Shown: piece by piece, positions 29,102 through 39,239 of the stretch
Position numbering within the stretch: the stretch's first letter is position 1
Layout of the letters: each line of letters begins with the position of its first letter
Source of the DNA: a virus
Length of the DNA: 64,000 nucleotides
IMG/VR virus record: IMGVR_UViG_3300032240_002475
Coordinates: 32,001 to 96,000 of that record
Strand: one strand, 5' to 3'
Translations under genes and position numbers: made by a program
The notes under the pieces: generated by a model
What the model saw: only the letters and a program-made list of their open reading frames with translations
Told to the model about the DNA's origin: nothing
Databases searched by the model: none

Positions 29102-29508
29102 ATTAATTTATCCAAAATATTACTTAATGAATGCTGGATGTTTTTTTTGATTTCAGATTCAAGAACTTCTCTTCTATCTTCTAAAACTTTATCAAATTTT
29201 TGAGTTAATTCTGAGAATTTAGATGTATCTTGAAGATATACACTATAGCTATATACATGATTTATTAAATGGATAGTATAACTTTCCATTACAACATACA
29301 TACTTTTTTCTTCGTTTTTAATAATTCTTTTGTGTGAAATTGGAGAAAAACTTAATTCTGATGTTGGATTAATAATTAATTTTTCACAGATTTCGGCAGC
29401 AAAAATTTCTTCATCTGTAGCTTTAGGTTTGGGGTCAAACTTATCTTTAAGATTTAAATAGATTTTAAATAATAAACGAGGGATGTATCCTACAACTTTA
29501 TTTTCCAT
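29098..29508 (-). CDS. hypothetical protein
   Basis: ORF with TATATTTG (29513-29520) 4 nt before the ATG. Confidence 0.7.
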   Translation of the reverse strand: MENKVVGYIPRLLFKIYLNLKDKFDPKPKATDEEIFAAEICEKLIINPTSELSFSPISHKRIIKNEEKSMYVVMESYTIHLINHVYSYSVYLQDTSKFSELTQKFDKVLEDRREVLESEIKKNIQHSLSNILDKLI

Positions 29509-29536
29509 TTAGCAAATATAGATTAATTTTTTCAAA

Positions 29537-30007
29537 TTAACAATAGGCACCTGAACAATGTTTTTGCCCGTCTAATCCTTTGATTCTACCTTTGCAAACT
29601 GAAACCGCATATCCGTTAGCATACGCTGAAGGGTATACTTTAAATTTTGATTTTGCGGCTGCTTTACCTCTAGCGCAAAGTTTTGTTCCTGCTTTTTTAC
29701 GACTTTCATGAATATCTTCATAATCAACATATTCACTTTGTTTTCCTGCTTCTCTGTTTAAAAAATCAAATACTTGGTCAATATTTGTTTTAGCTTCACT
29801 TACATGGTCGTCAGCCCAATCATGACCATTGCTTAAAATATCATCAACAACGTGAGGGTCTAATTCTAATAATCTTTCACATTGAGTTTTAATTTGTTGT
29901 AAATTACCAAAAAACATATAGTTTGCTGGTTCTTCCATTTGTTCTCTTAATGCTTTTTTTACTAAAAGAGATAAGTTTTTTTCTGATAAATTTATTAATT
30001 TACTCAT
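29537..30007 (-). CDS. hypothetical protein, possible internal head protein
   Basis: N-terminal LSEKNLSLLVKKALRE; C-terminal AKSKFKVYPSAYANGY basic domain. Confidence 0.65.
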   Translation of the reverse strand: MSKLINLSEKNLSLLVKKALREQMEEPANYMFFGNLQQIKTQCERLLELDPHVVDDILSNGHDWADDHVSEAKTNIDQVFDFLNREAGKQSEYVDYEDIHESRKKAGTKLCARGKAAAKSKFKVYPSAYANGYAVSVCKGRIKGLDGQKHCSGAYC

Positions 30008-31512
30008 GATTGTTTTGTATTTACAATGTTAAATGTTAATTGTTGTTTATAAGTATCTTTTTCACCTGAAGTATTCACTTGAATATCTACATAATATTGA
30101 TTAGGTATTTTGTCTCTCATATCAAATATAAAGTAATATTCATTTGGTGTTCTATTAATAGGAGTCCAATCCTGTACTAAAACTTCTGTTGTACCTTCTT
30201 TAACGTATACTCTATAAAATGCTGATATATTTTCTAACAACTGTTGACCTGTATACGCTTTCTTAATTGTAACTCCAACTTTTCTAATGTCGGTGTTGAG
30301 AATTTTTTCGTTTTGAAGAATGCCATAAAAACTAAAACCAAATTTTTTAGGTTCTTGAGATATTGGTCCAATTTGGATTCCAGCATTATATTGTTGTAAT
30401 GTAAATTGATTCGTTACATTTGGAATACCTTGTCCGTTAATTGTTAACCCTGACCAAATATCAAAATATTGACAAGGTGTGGGAGAACTATTAAATCCAT
30501 TAGGAACAATAACTTCATAAACTCCTTTAGTTCTTAAACAAGTTGATAAGGATGCCATACCATCTACAGAATCACCATTTCTATCTTCAATTCTAACAAA
30601 TGGTGTTGAATCTAAATTAACCAAATCTCCATTTTGATACACATAAAGATATAATCTATTTGTCTGACTTTTTAAAAATAAATTTCTATCATCTTTAATA
30701 ATGTCATCATAGTTTGTTAGAAGAAATGGTTGATAAAATGTTTGGGTATGTCTTGAGAAAAATGCCACACTATAACTTTCAGTTAATCCTGTAATATTTT
30801 CTATTTGAGGTAAATAAGCAACTCCCCATCCTGTAACACCTGTAATAGACCCTTCTAAAATACCATTGATTTCATCGGTCATATCCATGTTGAGGTCTTC
30901 ATTACCCAATTCAAAATGTTGTCTTGCGACAATTGTAAGTCCTGAGTAATTTACACTACCTTCGTTTTTGTTGTTATACACACCTGATTGTGACCATCCA
31001 CTTATTGTTGTTGTTTGGTACCAATTTGATGGCCTTGTTGAATAAGCTCTACTATCTACATAAGTTAATGGGGATGAACCTCCATTGGCACTATTTTTTG
31101 CAATATTAAAATCATTGTAGTCGTACCCAACACCTTCATCCCAATATTGTGGTTGACCCGTATCTCCTGAAATTTTAGGTATTCTAAATAATATTAAATC
31201 AAATGATGTAGCACGTCTTCTTTCATTTGACATAAACGAGTTAAGTAGTTCATTATCAAATGATGAAGTGTTAGTCATTTTTAATGTGTGAGTCATTGCA
31301 GATGTACATCCAGTTGATATAATACCTGATGCAATGTTTTCTTCTAACAAAGATAAGTCTAAGTTGAAAAGTAATCTTGAGTAACCGTAATTTGGTACGA
31401 TTAAATCTGAAGCACCAAAATTCAACTCAATAACAGGATTTCTTCCTGTATTAACAAAAGAGTTTGAAACAATGGTATTGTTTTTATCTATGTAAGACCT
31501 AAGAATTGACAT
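30004..31512 (-). CDS. putative virion structural protein
   Basis: beta-rich; NTGRNPVIEL, SRLLFNLD, WDEGVGYD; start moved to MSILRSY after TATTTAT at 31526-31532. Confidence 0.6.
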   Translation of the reverse strand: MSILRSYIDKNNTIVSNSFVNTGRNPVIELNFGASDLIVPNYGYSRLLFNLDLSLLEENIASGIISTGCTSAMTHTLKMTNTSSFDNELLNSFMSNERRRATSFDLILFRIPKISGDTGQPQYWDEGVGYDYNDFNIAKNSANGGSSPLTYVDSRAYSTRPSNWYQTTTISGWSQSGVYNNKNEGSVNYSGLTIVARQHFELGNEDLNMDMTDEINGILEGSITGVTGWGVAYLPQIENITGLTESYSVAFFSRHTQTFYQPFLLTNYDDIIKDDRNLFLKSQTNRLYLYVYQNGDLVNLDSTPFVRIEDRNGDSVDGMASLSTCLRTKGVYEVIVPNGFNSSPTPCQYFDIWSGLTINGQGIPNVTNQFTLQQYNAGIQIGPISQEPKKFGFSFYGILQNEKILNTDIRKVGVTIKKAYTGQQLLENISAFYRVYVKEGTTEVLVQDWTPINRTPNEYYFIFDMRDKIPNQYYVDIQVNTSGEKDTYKQQLTFNIVNTKQS

Positions 31513-31532
31513 TAACCTTTTTTCAATAAATA

Positions 31533-33068
31533 TCAATTAAGTCTGATATTTCCGTTAAGAATCTTATTAACGGCATTTTGAAGTTCTGTAAGTAACTTAT
31601 CTACTGAAGAACCGTCTTGTGTTATAGTTACTGGTGGAAGACCAGGATAAGCGTGAGTATGGGTAACAAGGAATCTAACAATCATATTAATTAGTTCTAA
31701 CAATTCTTCACCTCTAACTAAACTTGAAGTTTTTGGAACAATTTCATCGGCAAATTTTTCAACAGAAATTCCGTATAATGTATCGTCAAAATTAATTTTT
31801 CCTTTGCCAGGTATTTGAGAATTGTGTGAAAGTAAAAATAACTTATCACTACCTAAAGCTCCGTATGTTGTTTCTCCTGTAATATATTTTGATTCGTTTA
31901 AAGTTTTTTTAATAGGAGTTTTTGGTATACCTACTTTGTTTTTGGCGTATATTAATCCTGAACCACCTTTAAGTGCTGCGTATAATTTAATTCCTCTATT
32001 AATTTCATTTATATTTTTAACTACAACATTATTTGCGTTTGAACCCTCAGTTGTTGATGGGTTTAATTTTTCGTACATTAAGTTATTTGCTCTATAAAAT
32101 ATTGGAAATTTTGTATTACTATTATTGTCAGGAAATAATTTTATCCCTGTATCAGTCACGTTTTTATTATTACAAGTTTTAATAAAATTATTAATAAATT
32201 TTATTGTATCATCTAATGATAATAAACTAAAACTTTGAAGAGCTACTAAAGTTTTTAAATTATCTGGAATCACAGTGCCCGCAGCAATATTCTTTGAATT
32301 TATAATCGCATCTGGTTTTAGTTGATATAAATAAACTTCTCCCATGAAGGCATTCTGAGTGTTTTCAGGATTTGTTACGACCCATTCAATCAAATATTTT
32401 GTTAATACAACTTCTTCTTTTAGTTCAAAATATGTTTTTGGTTCAAGAGCCTCTTTTCTTGATTGAAATTTTGAAAGTTGTAAAAATCCTCTTTGTTGGT
32501 TTGCAACAGGAATTACGTTCGGCTGAAGTATTTCTCCTTTGAATTTACCCGCTCTTAATAAAACTTCATCTTGTTTGACAATTAAATCGGCGCTACCTCT
32601 ACCCATAAGAGCATTATCACCTGGTTGAGGAAATACTCCTTTATGAATTGATTGGTCAGTATAAGTACCATCTTGGTTTTTTAATGGTTTTGGGTTTTTA
32701 ATTTGCATTCCCGTGCCCGTATATTTGTTACCACCAAAATAAAACTCTTTAAATGTTGCGGTTGGTGACGAAAAAGTGTTCTGAACGTAGTATTGGTTTT
32801 GGTAAACAAAATCTTTGTTTACGTAAATAACTTGAACTAATTCATCTACTTTTGGTACTTGATATACAAAATATGGTAACAAAGAATTAAAAACAAATGG
32901 GTCTCTTGATGTCCATATATCTTTTTGTTCATTCCATGGCGGGTCTGTAACACTTTTAAGTATATCGTCGTAGTTGTCAATTAATCTGACTCCTCTGATT
33001 CTACCAAGCATCATTGGGTCTTCATTATTGAGAACCTTACATTGAAAAAAAATTGAGTTATTTTCCAT
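31533..33068 (-). CDS. baseplate hub/spike protein (gp5/gpV-like)
   Basis: N-terminal OB-fold signature EDPMMLGRIR..VPKVDELV; C-terminal THTH metal-binding tip. Confidence 0.7.
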   Translation of the reverse strand: MENNSIFFQCKVLNNEDPMMLGRIRGVRLIDNYDDILKSVTDPPWNEQKDIWTSRDPFVFNSLLPYFVYQVPKVDELVQVIYVNKDFVYQNQYYVQNTFSSPTATFKEFYFGGNKYTGTGMQIKNPKPLKNQDGTYTDQSIHKGVFPQPGDNALMGRGSADLIVKQDEVLLRAGKFKGEILQPNVIPVANQQRGFLQLSKFQSRKEALEPKTYFELKEEVVLTKYLIEWVVTNPENTQNAFMGEVYLYQLKPDAIINSKNIAAGTVIPDNLKTLVALQSFSLLSLDDTIKFINNFIKTCNNKNVTDTGIKLFPDNNSNTKFPIFYRANNLMYEKLNPSTTEGSNANNVVVKNINEINRGIKLYAALKGGSGLIYAKNKVGIPKTPIKKTLNESKYITGETTYGALGSDKLFLLSHNSQIPGKGKINFDDTLYGISVEKFADEIVPKTSSLVRGEELLELINMIVRFLVTHTHAYPGLPPVTITQDGSSVDKLLTELQNAVNKILNGNIRLN

Positions 33069-33300
33069 TTGTTCTGTCTTGATATATTTTTAATGTCCTA
33101 TTATACAATTCCTCTACTGTATCTAAATAACGAGTTGAATTGATTATACTTTCTTTAGTTAATTCAAAATCTTTTGTTAATAAATCCATCATTTCAATTA
33201 ATTTATTATTTGGTAAATCTTTCAAATTTGGTTGTTCTTTAATAATATTTTCTAATTCTTCCTTTTTCATATTAATACGATTTTCCAACGCCAGATGCAA
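33058..33300 (-). CDS. hypothetical protein
   Basis: operon ORF; true start probably the internal MKKEELE. Confidence 0.6.
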   Translation of the reverse strand: MHLALENRINMKKEELENIIKEQPNLKDLPNNKLIEMMDLLTKDFELTKESIINSTRYLDTVEELYNRTLKIYQDRTNGK

Positions 33301-35371
33301 AACTTGTTAGTGCAATTTCTGTTTTTCCATTTTCTGCATTTTCTTTATCTACTGCTTTATTTGTTATTAAATTGTATAATAACATTAAATTAGGTGAACC
33401 ATCTGGCATTGTTCCTGTAGGTATTCCTAATTTTTGTAATCCTTCTATTGCGTTGATTGTGGCACGTTCAGGAGAATATCCTTGTAAAAATTGTGCGGCT
33501 AACAACAAAGGTATTGGTATGCTTGTACCTTTACCAAGACCACCAATTAAATTTAAAAGATACAATATGTTTGACATTAAAGACTTACATCTTCTATAAT
33601 CATCAATTAATTGAGAAACAAAAAGTGCAAGGGAAACTAATTTAAGGATAATTGCATATTTTTTTAATCTTTGGGATTTACTAATATCATTAATAATCAA
33701 AGAAATTAAATTTAATATATCTTTTTTAAGTACCTCATACAACGTTCTTAAAAATTCTCCATTAATTTTTGAAACTGTTTGTATTACAAATGTTTTATAT
33801 TTTTGGATAAATTCAGTTCCACTAGTTACAATATTACTTCCTGCTTGACCTATAGTTGCTCCCGCATTTCCAAAAGTATTAAAGGCTGTATTTGCTGAGG
33901 TAACAAGAGTATTTGCACTTGTAACGGCTTGATTATATGTGTACGTTGCACCTGATTGGACAACGGATAATAATGTGTATAATGGAAGTAATACTTTAGG
34001 GGTCAATACACCAGCTGCAACGGCTAATGGAAGTTGTTTAATGATGTTTTTATTAATTGAAAGCTCCGCATTAAAATTTGTTGGAAGTACAGATTTCCAA
34101 TCAGGATTTTGTGAAATACTATCAATAATATTTTCAATACTTGCAACTTGCTGTTCACTTGTTTGACCTGTTTGTGAATTTCTAAAATTAATTAATTGGT
34201 CAACCAAAACTTCATAATCAACAGGTAGTTTTACATTATTACAATCTTCAAATTCCATAACACCGTTCTGTACGTTTGTTATTTTTACCTGAATATTTCT
34301 TAAATCGACCTCTGTTAATTTAAAAAAATTATCATCAACTCCATCTAGCTCAGCAACTTTAGCAACACCACTAACGTCAATTTCTCTTCTATTATCAAAA
34401 CATAATCCCAAAATTCTTTGTAGAATAATTTCAAATTCTGATTGATTTTGAAGTTGTGCAAAACCAAGATTTGCTTGAGTACTCAATGCCCCTGATGTAA
34501 GATTTACTAATTGAGCCCCTATGTCTACGGGGTCGACTAATTTAATCGTACTATAGTAATCCGACAAAAATTCACCAACATTATTAGTAATTTGTCCTTT
34601 TCCATCTTGTCTATCAATTAATAAAACTCTGTAATAATCACCAGTTACTCCAAAATTATTTGTTTGTGTATATTGAACATCAAACAAATTTTGTCCTGAC
34701 TTACCATTATAATTTTTACCATTGATAGTACTATAAGACCTACCAATATTACTTGTTGTTGTTAGTTGATATAATTGTTTGTTCATTGGAAATGGTACAT
34801 CTCCACCATAAGGTTTAAATTTACCATCTGCAGAAGGGTCTGGTTTTTCGTAATAAACTTTACCAACTTCCGTTTGAGGTGAGTTTTTTAAATTTGAAAA
34901 TAAATCAACAGATGAAATTGGTATGTATATACCTTCAATAGGGTCTCTTAACGGTAAAGGTTGTATTTGTAAATTAGATGAACTTACTCCGTTATAAGTT
35001 TGTTCTTGTGAACATCCTAATGCTTTAATTGTTTGTTCTTTTACAATCGCGGCAACTTTAGGTTCCATTTTAACCGCAACATCCAAAACTTGTTTTCTAA
35101 GATATTTTAAACTTTCTGACCCACTTCCTCTTGTTTGGTCTAAGAACCCTAATAATTGGTCCATAGAATTTGGAGGGTCTTTCAAATATCTTTTTTGTAA
35201 ATCTTTAAATTTATCTAATTGAGTTGCTAGCTGCGCCGTAGATTTTGATGATGAGTTTGCAGCCTTTTTCAATAAAGACTTTTCAGACTTAGAAACTTCA
35301 GTGTAAGTTTTTACAGCCTCAATTTGACTTTGTATTTGTTCTATACTATTTGATAAATCTAATGACGGCAT
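33272..35371 (-). CDS. putative structural (baseplate/tail-associated) protein
   Basis: 699 aa ORF upstream of the spike gene in a TATTTAT-led operon. Confidence 0.55.
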   Translation of the reverse strand: MPSLDLSNSIEQIQSQIEAVKTYTEVSKSEKSLLKKAANSSSKSTAQLATQLDKFKDLQKRYLKDPPNSMDQLLGFLDQTRGSGSESLKYLRKQVLDVAVKMEPKVAAIVKEQTIKALGCSQEQTYNGVSSSNLQIQPLPLRDPIEGIYIPISSVDLFSNLKNSPQTEVGKVYYEKPDPSADGKFKPYGGDVPFPMNKQLYQLTTTSNIGRSYSTINGKNYNGKSGQNLFDVQYTQTNNFGVTGDYYRVLLIDRQDGKGQITNNVGEFLSDYYSTIKLVDPVDIGAQLVNLTSGALSTQANLGFAQLQNQSEFEIILQRILGLCFDNRREIDVSGVAKVAELDGVDDNFFKLTEVDLRNIQVKITNVQNGVMEFEDCNNVKLPVDYEVLVDQLINFRNSQTGQTSEQQVASIENIIDSISQNPDWKSVLPTNFNAELSINKNIIKQLPLAVAAGVLTPKVLLPLYTLLSVVQSGATYTYNQAVTSANTLVTSANTAFNTFGNAGATIGQAGSNIVTSGTEFIQKYKTFVIQTVSKINGEFLRTLYEVLKKDILNLISLIINDISKSQRLKKYAIILKLVSLALFVSQLIDDYRRCKSLMSNILYLLNLIGGLGKGTSIPIPLLLAAQFLQGYSPERATINAIEGLQKLGIPTGTMPDGSPNLMLLYNLITNKAVDKENAENGKTEIALTSFASGVGKSY

Positions 35372-35374
35372 ATC

Positions 35375-35740
35375 TTATCTCATTTTATATGTTTCCTCAT
35401 CATTTGAAACGTCTTTTTCTATAAGATTTTGTATTAAGTCATCATCTAAGTCAGCTAATGAAAATGATTCGGTATTGTTATTTGATTTCTCCCAAATACT
35501 TGACTGTAACTTTGATAAACTAATTTTTTTCTCAACGCAATCGTTGACAATTTTTTGTTGTTTTTCAATTACTGGTCCAATTGTTGTCATGTCTTCAGCA
35601 TCTTTTAACATTGACAACATTTTATTTTGGATTCTGATTGCAGTTTGTCTTTGCTCTACTAACTCATTATAAATCTCTTGCATAAGAGATAGTATAGAAT
35701 CTTTAGTAAAATTAATTTCTTTTCTTTGTGGTCTCGGCAT
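35375..35740 (-). CDS. hypothetical coiled-coil protein
   Basis: ORF with TATTTAT (35745-35751) 4 nt before the ATG. Confidence 0.65.
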   Translation of the reverse strand: MPRPQRKEINFTKDSILSLMQEIYNELVEQRQTAIRIQNKMLSMLKDAEDMTTIGPVIEKQQKIVNDCVEKKISLSKLQSSIWEKSNNNTESFSLADLDDDLIQNLIEKDVSNDEETYKMR

Positions 35741-35759
35741 AACTATAAATACTTTTTTA

Positions 35760-36506
35760 TTAGTTTTTCATCTTAGTTTGAATCACAGTATATAGTTTTT
35801 TAAACCTTTTGATTGAACTTCTAATTTCTTTTGTACTCAAATTTGTCATTTCTCTTAATGACAAAAGAATAACGTTTTTATTAAATTTGTTATTATCTGC
35901 CCCTGAAAATATAGATTCGTAGTTGTCAAATAAATCTATAAGAGCATAACCAAGTTTTCTTTCATTTTCATTTAATGATTCACTTTCTATAAAGTCTTTT
36001 AACTCTTTAAGATATTCGTTAATAATAATATGAGTTTCTACAATATCATCATCAATCCTATAAATCATATCTGGTCTTTCTTCTATAGTTGAAGAAATGT
36101 CTTCATAAGATATTTTTCTATTTGTTTCTTTTTGGTCTTTAATAATTTGACCCATTAGATAATTTTTACAAATAGTTCCAAAATATGAATATGCTTTTTT
36201 GTTTTTGTCAGGTTTGAATTTATCAACCTTGGTCATCAAAAAAGAATGCGTGTCAGTATGGATTTCAATAAAGTCCATATCTTTACGATATAATTTATAT
36301 CGTCTTATAATAGATGAAATCATCTTATCAAGAGGAGCCCTTAAGAATTGATTATATATTTTGTTTTTTTCTTGTGAAGTTTCGGCTATTAAAAAATTTC
36401 TAACCGCTTCCTCCTCTCTAACATCAAAATAATTTTCTTTTACTGCTTTCCTACCTCTTTTTTTAGACAAAACATCTTCTGTTGTTGCAGAAAGAGTTTC
36501 TTCCAT
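35760..36506 (-). CDS. phage sigma factor (T4 gp55-like, late transcription)
   Basis: ENYF near the N-terminus and KFKPDKNKKAYSYFGTICKNYL, resembling sigma region 2 of gp55 homologues. Confidence 0.7.
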   Translation of the reverse strand: MEETLSATTEDVLSKKRGRKAVKENYFDVREEEAVRNFLIAETSQEKNKIYNQFLRAPLDKMISSIIRRYKLYRKDMDFIEIHTDTHSFLMTKVDKFKPDKNKKAYSYFGTICKNYLMGQIIKDQKETNRKISYEDISSTIEERPDMIYRIDDDIVETHIIINEYLKELKDFIESESLNENERKLGYALIDLFDNYESIFSGADNNKFNKNVILLSLREMTNLSTKEIRSSIKRFKKLYTVIQTKMKN

Positions 36507-37313
36507 TTAGGCATTGTCTGATTGATATTTTATGACTCTATCGTCAGGGAAGAAATATTCTTTTTTAGCAGTTTGAATCCAAAATCTAACTTCATCTTCA
36601 ATCATCTTAGATTCACCGAACTTATAGTTCCAAAAAATTGAACCTTCTCTCATGTTGGTATGTTTGTAACCAAGTCTTGGTATAGTCATGATTGAAACTG
36701 AATTATAAGTTAATCTTAATAAAAACTCATAGATAAATGTTAATTTAATTGAAGGTTTAAATCCTCCAAAGTCTTCAATAATTTCTTTTTTGAATACACA
36801 TCCTGCGGTTTGAAAGTTTTGATAATCTTGTAATGTTTCATTAGTAAGAATACCCATTTCTTGTGTAAAGTTTGCTGCAAATGTTGCTTCATTTGTAAAT
36901 CCTGCAAACACACCTTTTTCATCAACCTCAACTACGACAGGTAAAAACATTTGTACTTCAGGATATGCCTCAGTATATTTTTTTACGTTTTTAAACCAAA
37001 TACTTGCATACTCGTCATCGAACTCAAACAATGAAACCCATTTTCCTTTTGCATTTTTAATACCATAATTTACTTGGTCACAATAGTTAGGGTCTTTATC
37101 CCATAATAATTTTGTAACATTTAAGTTTTCAAAATCATAACTATTTAAAAATTCAATTAATGATTCTTCACTTGTGTGAACGATAAGAAGTTCCTCCAAC
37201 TCTACCTGTTGGTTTTTAATCGAATCAATTGCATTTTTAAAATACTCATCAAAATTTTTTGCCTTTGATGATTTAATTGGTAGTATTACTGAAAGTGATA
37301 ATTTATTACTCAT
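36507..37313 (-). CDS. glycosyltransferase family 2
   Basis: LSVILPI, NYGIKNAKGKWVSLFEFDDEY. Confidence 0.8.
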   Translation of the reverse strand: MSNKLSLSVILPIKSSKAKNFDEYFKNAIDSIKNQQVELEELLIVHTSEESLIEFLNSYDFENLNVTKLLWDKDPNYCDQVNYGIKNAKGKWVSLFEFDDEYASIWFKNVKKYTEAYPEVQMFLPVVVEVDEKGVFAGFTNEATFAANFTQEMGILTNETLQDYQNFQTAGCVFKKEIIEDFGGFKPSIKLTFIYEFLLRLTYNSVSIMTIPRLGYKHTNMREGSIFWNYKFGESKMIEDEVRFWIQTAKKEYFFPDDRVIKYQSDNA

Positions 37314-37314
37314 A

Positions 37315-38367
37315 TTATTCTTCTGTTTTTGTAATTTGTTCTTCGAATGAATTTGCTCTTGTGTTTAAGTATCCTTCAAATAGGGATACAACCGCTAACT
37401 CAAATTTTTGTTTATCTGAAAATTTGTCCGCTGTTTTTTTCATTTCATCGTACATTTCAGGTTTAATATTATCTTCTAACCAATTCTGAATAAAATCAGC
37501 AACAACATCTGCTAGTAATGTTTGGTCAGTAATCCAAATACCATTATCCTCATTCATCCATTCAGGTGCCATATTTGGAACTTTTCCGATTACTGGTACG
37601 TTAGATTTCATAGATTCAATAGGGAAAGTACCAAATCCTGCGTGGTCATCAACCCAAACACTTAAGAAGCAATCTTTTAAAGAATTAGCAAATTCTTTTT
37701 CTGAAAGACCTCTCAAGTCTCTAAATGTAAACCATCTGTATTGAGGGAATTTCAAATAGAATGTCTTAATTAAATTAACCGCATCACTTTGTTCTTTTGT
37801 GTGAACGCCAATAATTGGCATTGCTGGCAATGATTTTGGTTCAAATGAATCTGTAATGTACGGCTCAACAATATCAAAAGACGATTGTCTCATAACTCTT
37901 TCAATATATTCTTTTTGCTTACTTGTTGTTGTTATACATTTCATAAAACCAAATTGATTCCATGATTGTCCTGGTTGAAGTGTTTCTAACATGTGGGCGT
38001 ATTGTTGTGTTAGAACAATTTTAGCACACGGTAGTTGTTTAACTTGGTCCATGACAAATCCAAAAACTTCAGGAATTACCAAAAAATCTTCAGGTGAAAT
38101 TTCTAAGTTTTGACCTTCAATTGCTTTGTGTGGGATAGACATATATTCTTCGTCTAACCACGCAACGACACCAGCATAGTCCGATTTCTCGTGAAGTATG
38201 ATTGGGTTAAAACCGTTGTCTTTTAATGTTTTTGCCATTTGATAGATATATCTAACAGAAGCTCTTGCATTTCCTTTAGTGTCTTGAACTAAGAAATAAA
38301 TTCTAGCTTGCTTGTCTCTTAATATCTGAATGGACTGTGTTACTTTTTCGTTTAGTGAATTTTCCAT
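37315..38367 (-). CDS. GT-B fold (GT4-like) glycosyltransferase
   Basis: DFLVIPE, GFGTFPIESMKSNVPVIG. Confidence 0.7.
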   Translation of the reverse strand: MENSLNEKVTQSIQILRDKQARIYFLVQDTKGNARASVRYIYQMAKTLKDNGFNPIILHEKSDYAGVVAWLDEEYMSIPHKAIEGQNLEISPEDFLVIPEVFGFVMDQVKQLPCAKIVLTQQYAHMLETLQPGQSWNQFGFMKCITTTSKQKEYIERVMRQSSFDIVEPYITDSFEPKSLPAMPIIGVHTKEQSDAVNLIKTFYLKFPQYRWFTFRDLRGLSEKEFANSLKDCFLSVWVDDHAGFGTFPIESMKSNVPVIGKVPNMAPEWMNEDNGIWITDQTLLADVVADFIQNWLEDNIKPEMYDEMKKTADKFSDKQKFELAVVSLFEGYLNTRANSFEEQITKTEE

Positions 38368-38368
38368 A

Positions 38369-38650
38369 TTAATAATGATTGATAAGTTTTTTATTTAATA
38401 AACTGTTGAATGCTAATTTGAATGGTATACTTGTATTACTACTTGATTTCATTCCTAATTTATCATCCATAATTTCATTTTCTGATAATACTGTTTCTAA
38501 TAACATTTTTACCATTTCAAATTTGATGATATTAATTCTCATTTCAGTTGTTCCTGTTAATGGTTCGGTTATTGATTCATCCGACATATCAAGGTATTGT
38601 TCAATTTCATCTAAGTCGATGAAATAATTTTCTCCTAAGACGCTAATCAT
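38369..38650 (-). CDS. hypothetical protein
   Basis: tight operon ORF. Confidence 0.7.
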   Translation of the reverse strand: MISVLGENYFIDLDEIEQYLDMSDESITEPLTGTTEMRINIIKFEMVKMLLETVLSENEIMDDKLGMKSSSNTSIPFKLAFNSLLNKKLINHY

Positions 38651-39239
38651 ATATTTCTTTTATTTTATTTTTGAGCTCTTTTATACTTGAAATAGAGTGC
38701 TCAGTTTTTATTTCAGTATTATATGTTGTGTTAAATTTAATAACCTTAACATTTTTGGGATGGTTTAATAATAGATTAGGATTCGCAGTAAGTAAAATGT
38801 CTACGGAGTTCCATAAAGAATTAATTGTACTTTCACTATAAAATTTTACAGTTTCAACCAAACATCCAAATTTAGAAATGAAAAATAATGATGCAGGTTT
38901 TGATTTACCAATTTCATCTGAAACAATTAAGATGTCATGATTATCTCTCATGTCTAAATAAAATTCGTTAAAGTCCATCATTCCTGAAGTTTCAACGGAG
39001 CTAGAATGACCAAAAATTTCCATTGTATGTTCTTTGTATAAAAAATCGTACAATTCATTTTTGTCTTTAAATTTTAAGTGACTTGTAATATCTAACGTTG
39101 TCAAATCTGAAATAACTTCATATTCCGATTTTTCTTCGTCTTCTTTAAATGGATTGTCTAAATACCATTTTTCGTATTCTTGTTGAATTTTTTTTAATGT
39201 GTCTCTAAGTACTCCATTTAATTCTACCGCAATTCTCAT
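38643..39239 (-). CDS. 5'-nucleotidase (NT5C)-like HAD fold with degenerate motif I
   Basis: RIAVELNGVLRD in place of IxxDxDGVL; C-terminal KFNTTYN. Confidence 0.55.
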   Translation of the reverse strand: MRIAVELNGVLRDTLKKIQQEYEKWYLDNPFKEDEEKSEYEVISDLTTLDITSHLKFKDKNELYDFLYKEHTMEIFGHSSSVETSGMMDFNEFYLDMRDNHDILIVSDEIGKSKPASLFFISKFGCLVETVKFYSESTINSLWNSVDILLTANPNLLLNHPKNVKVIKFNTTYNTEIKTEHSISSIKELKNKIKEIYD

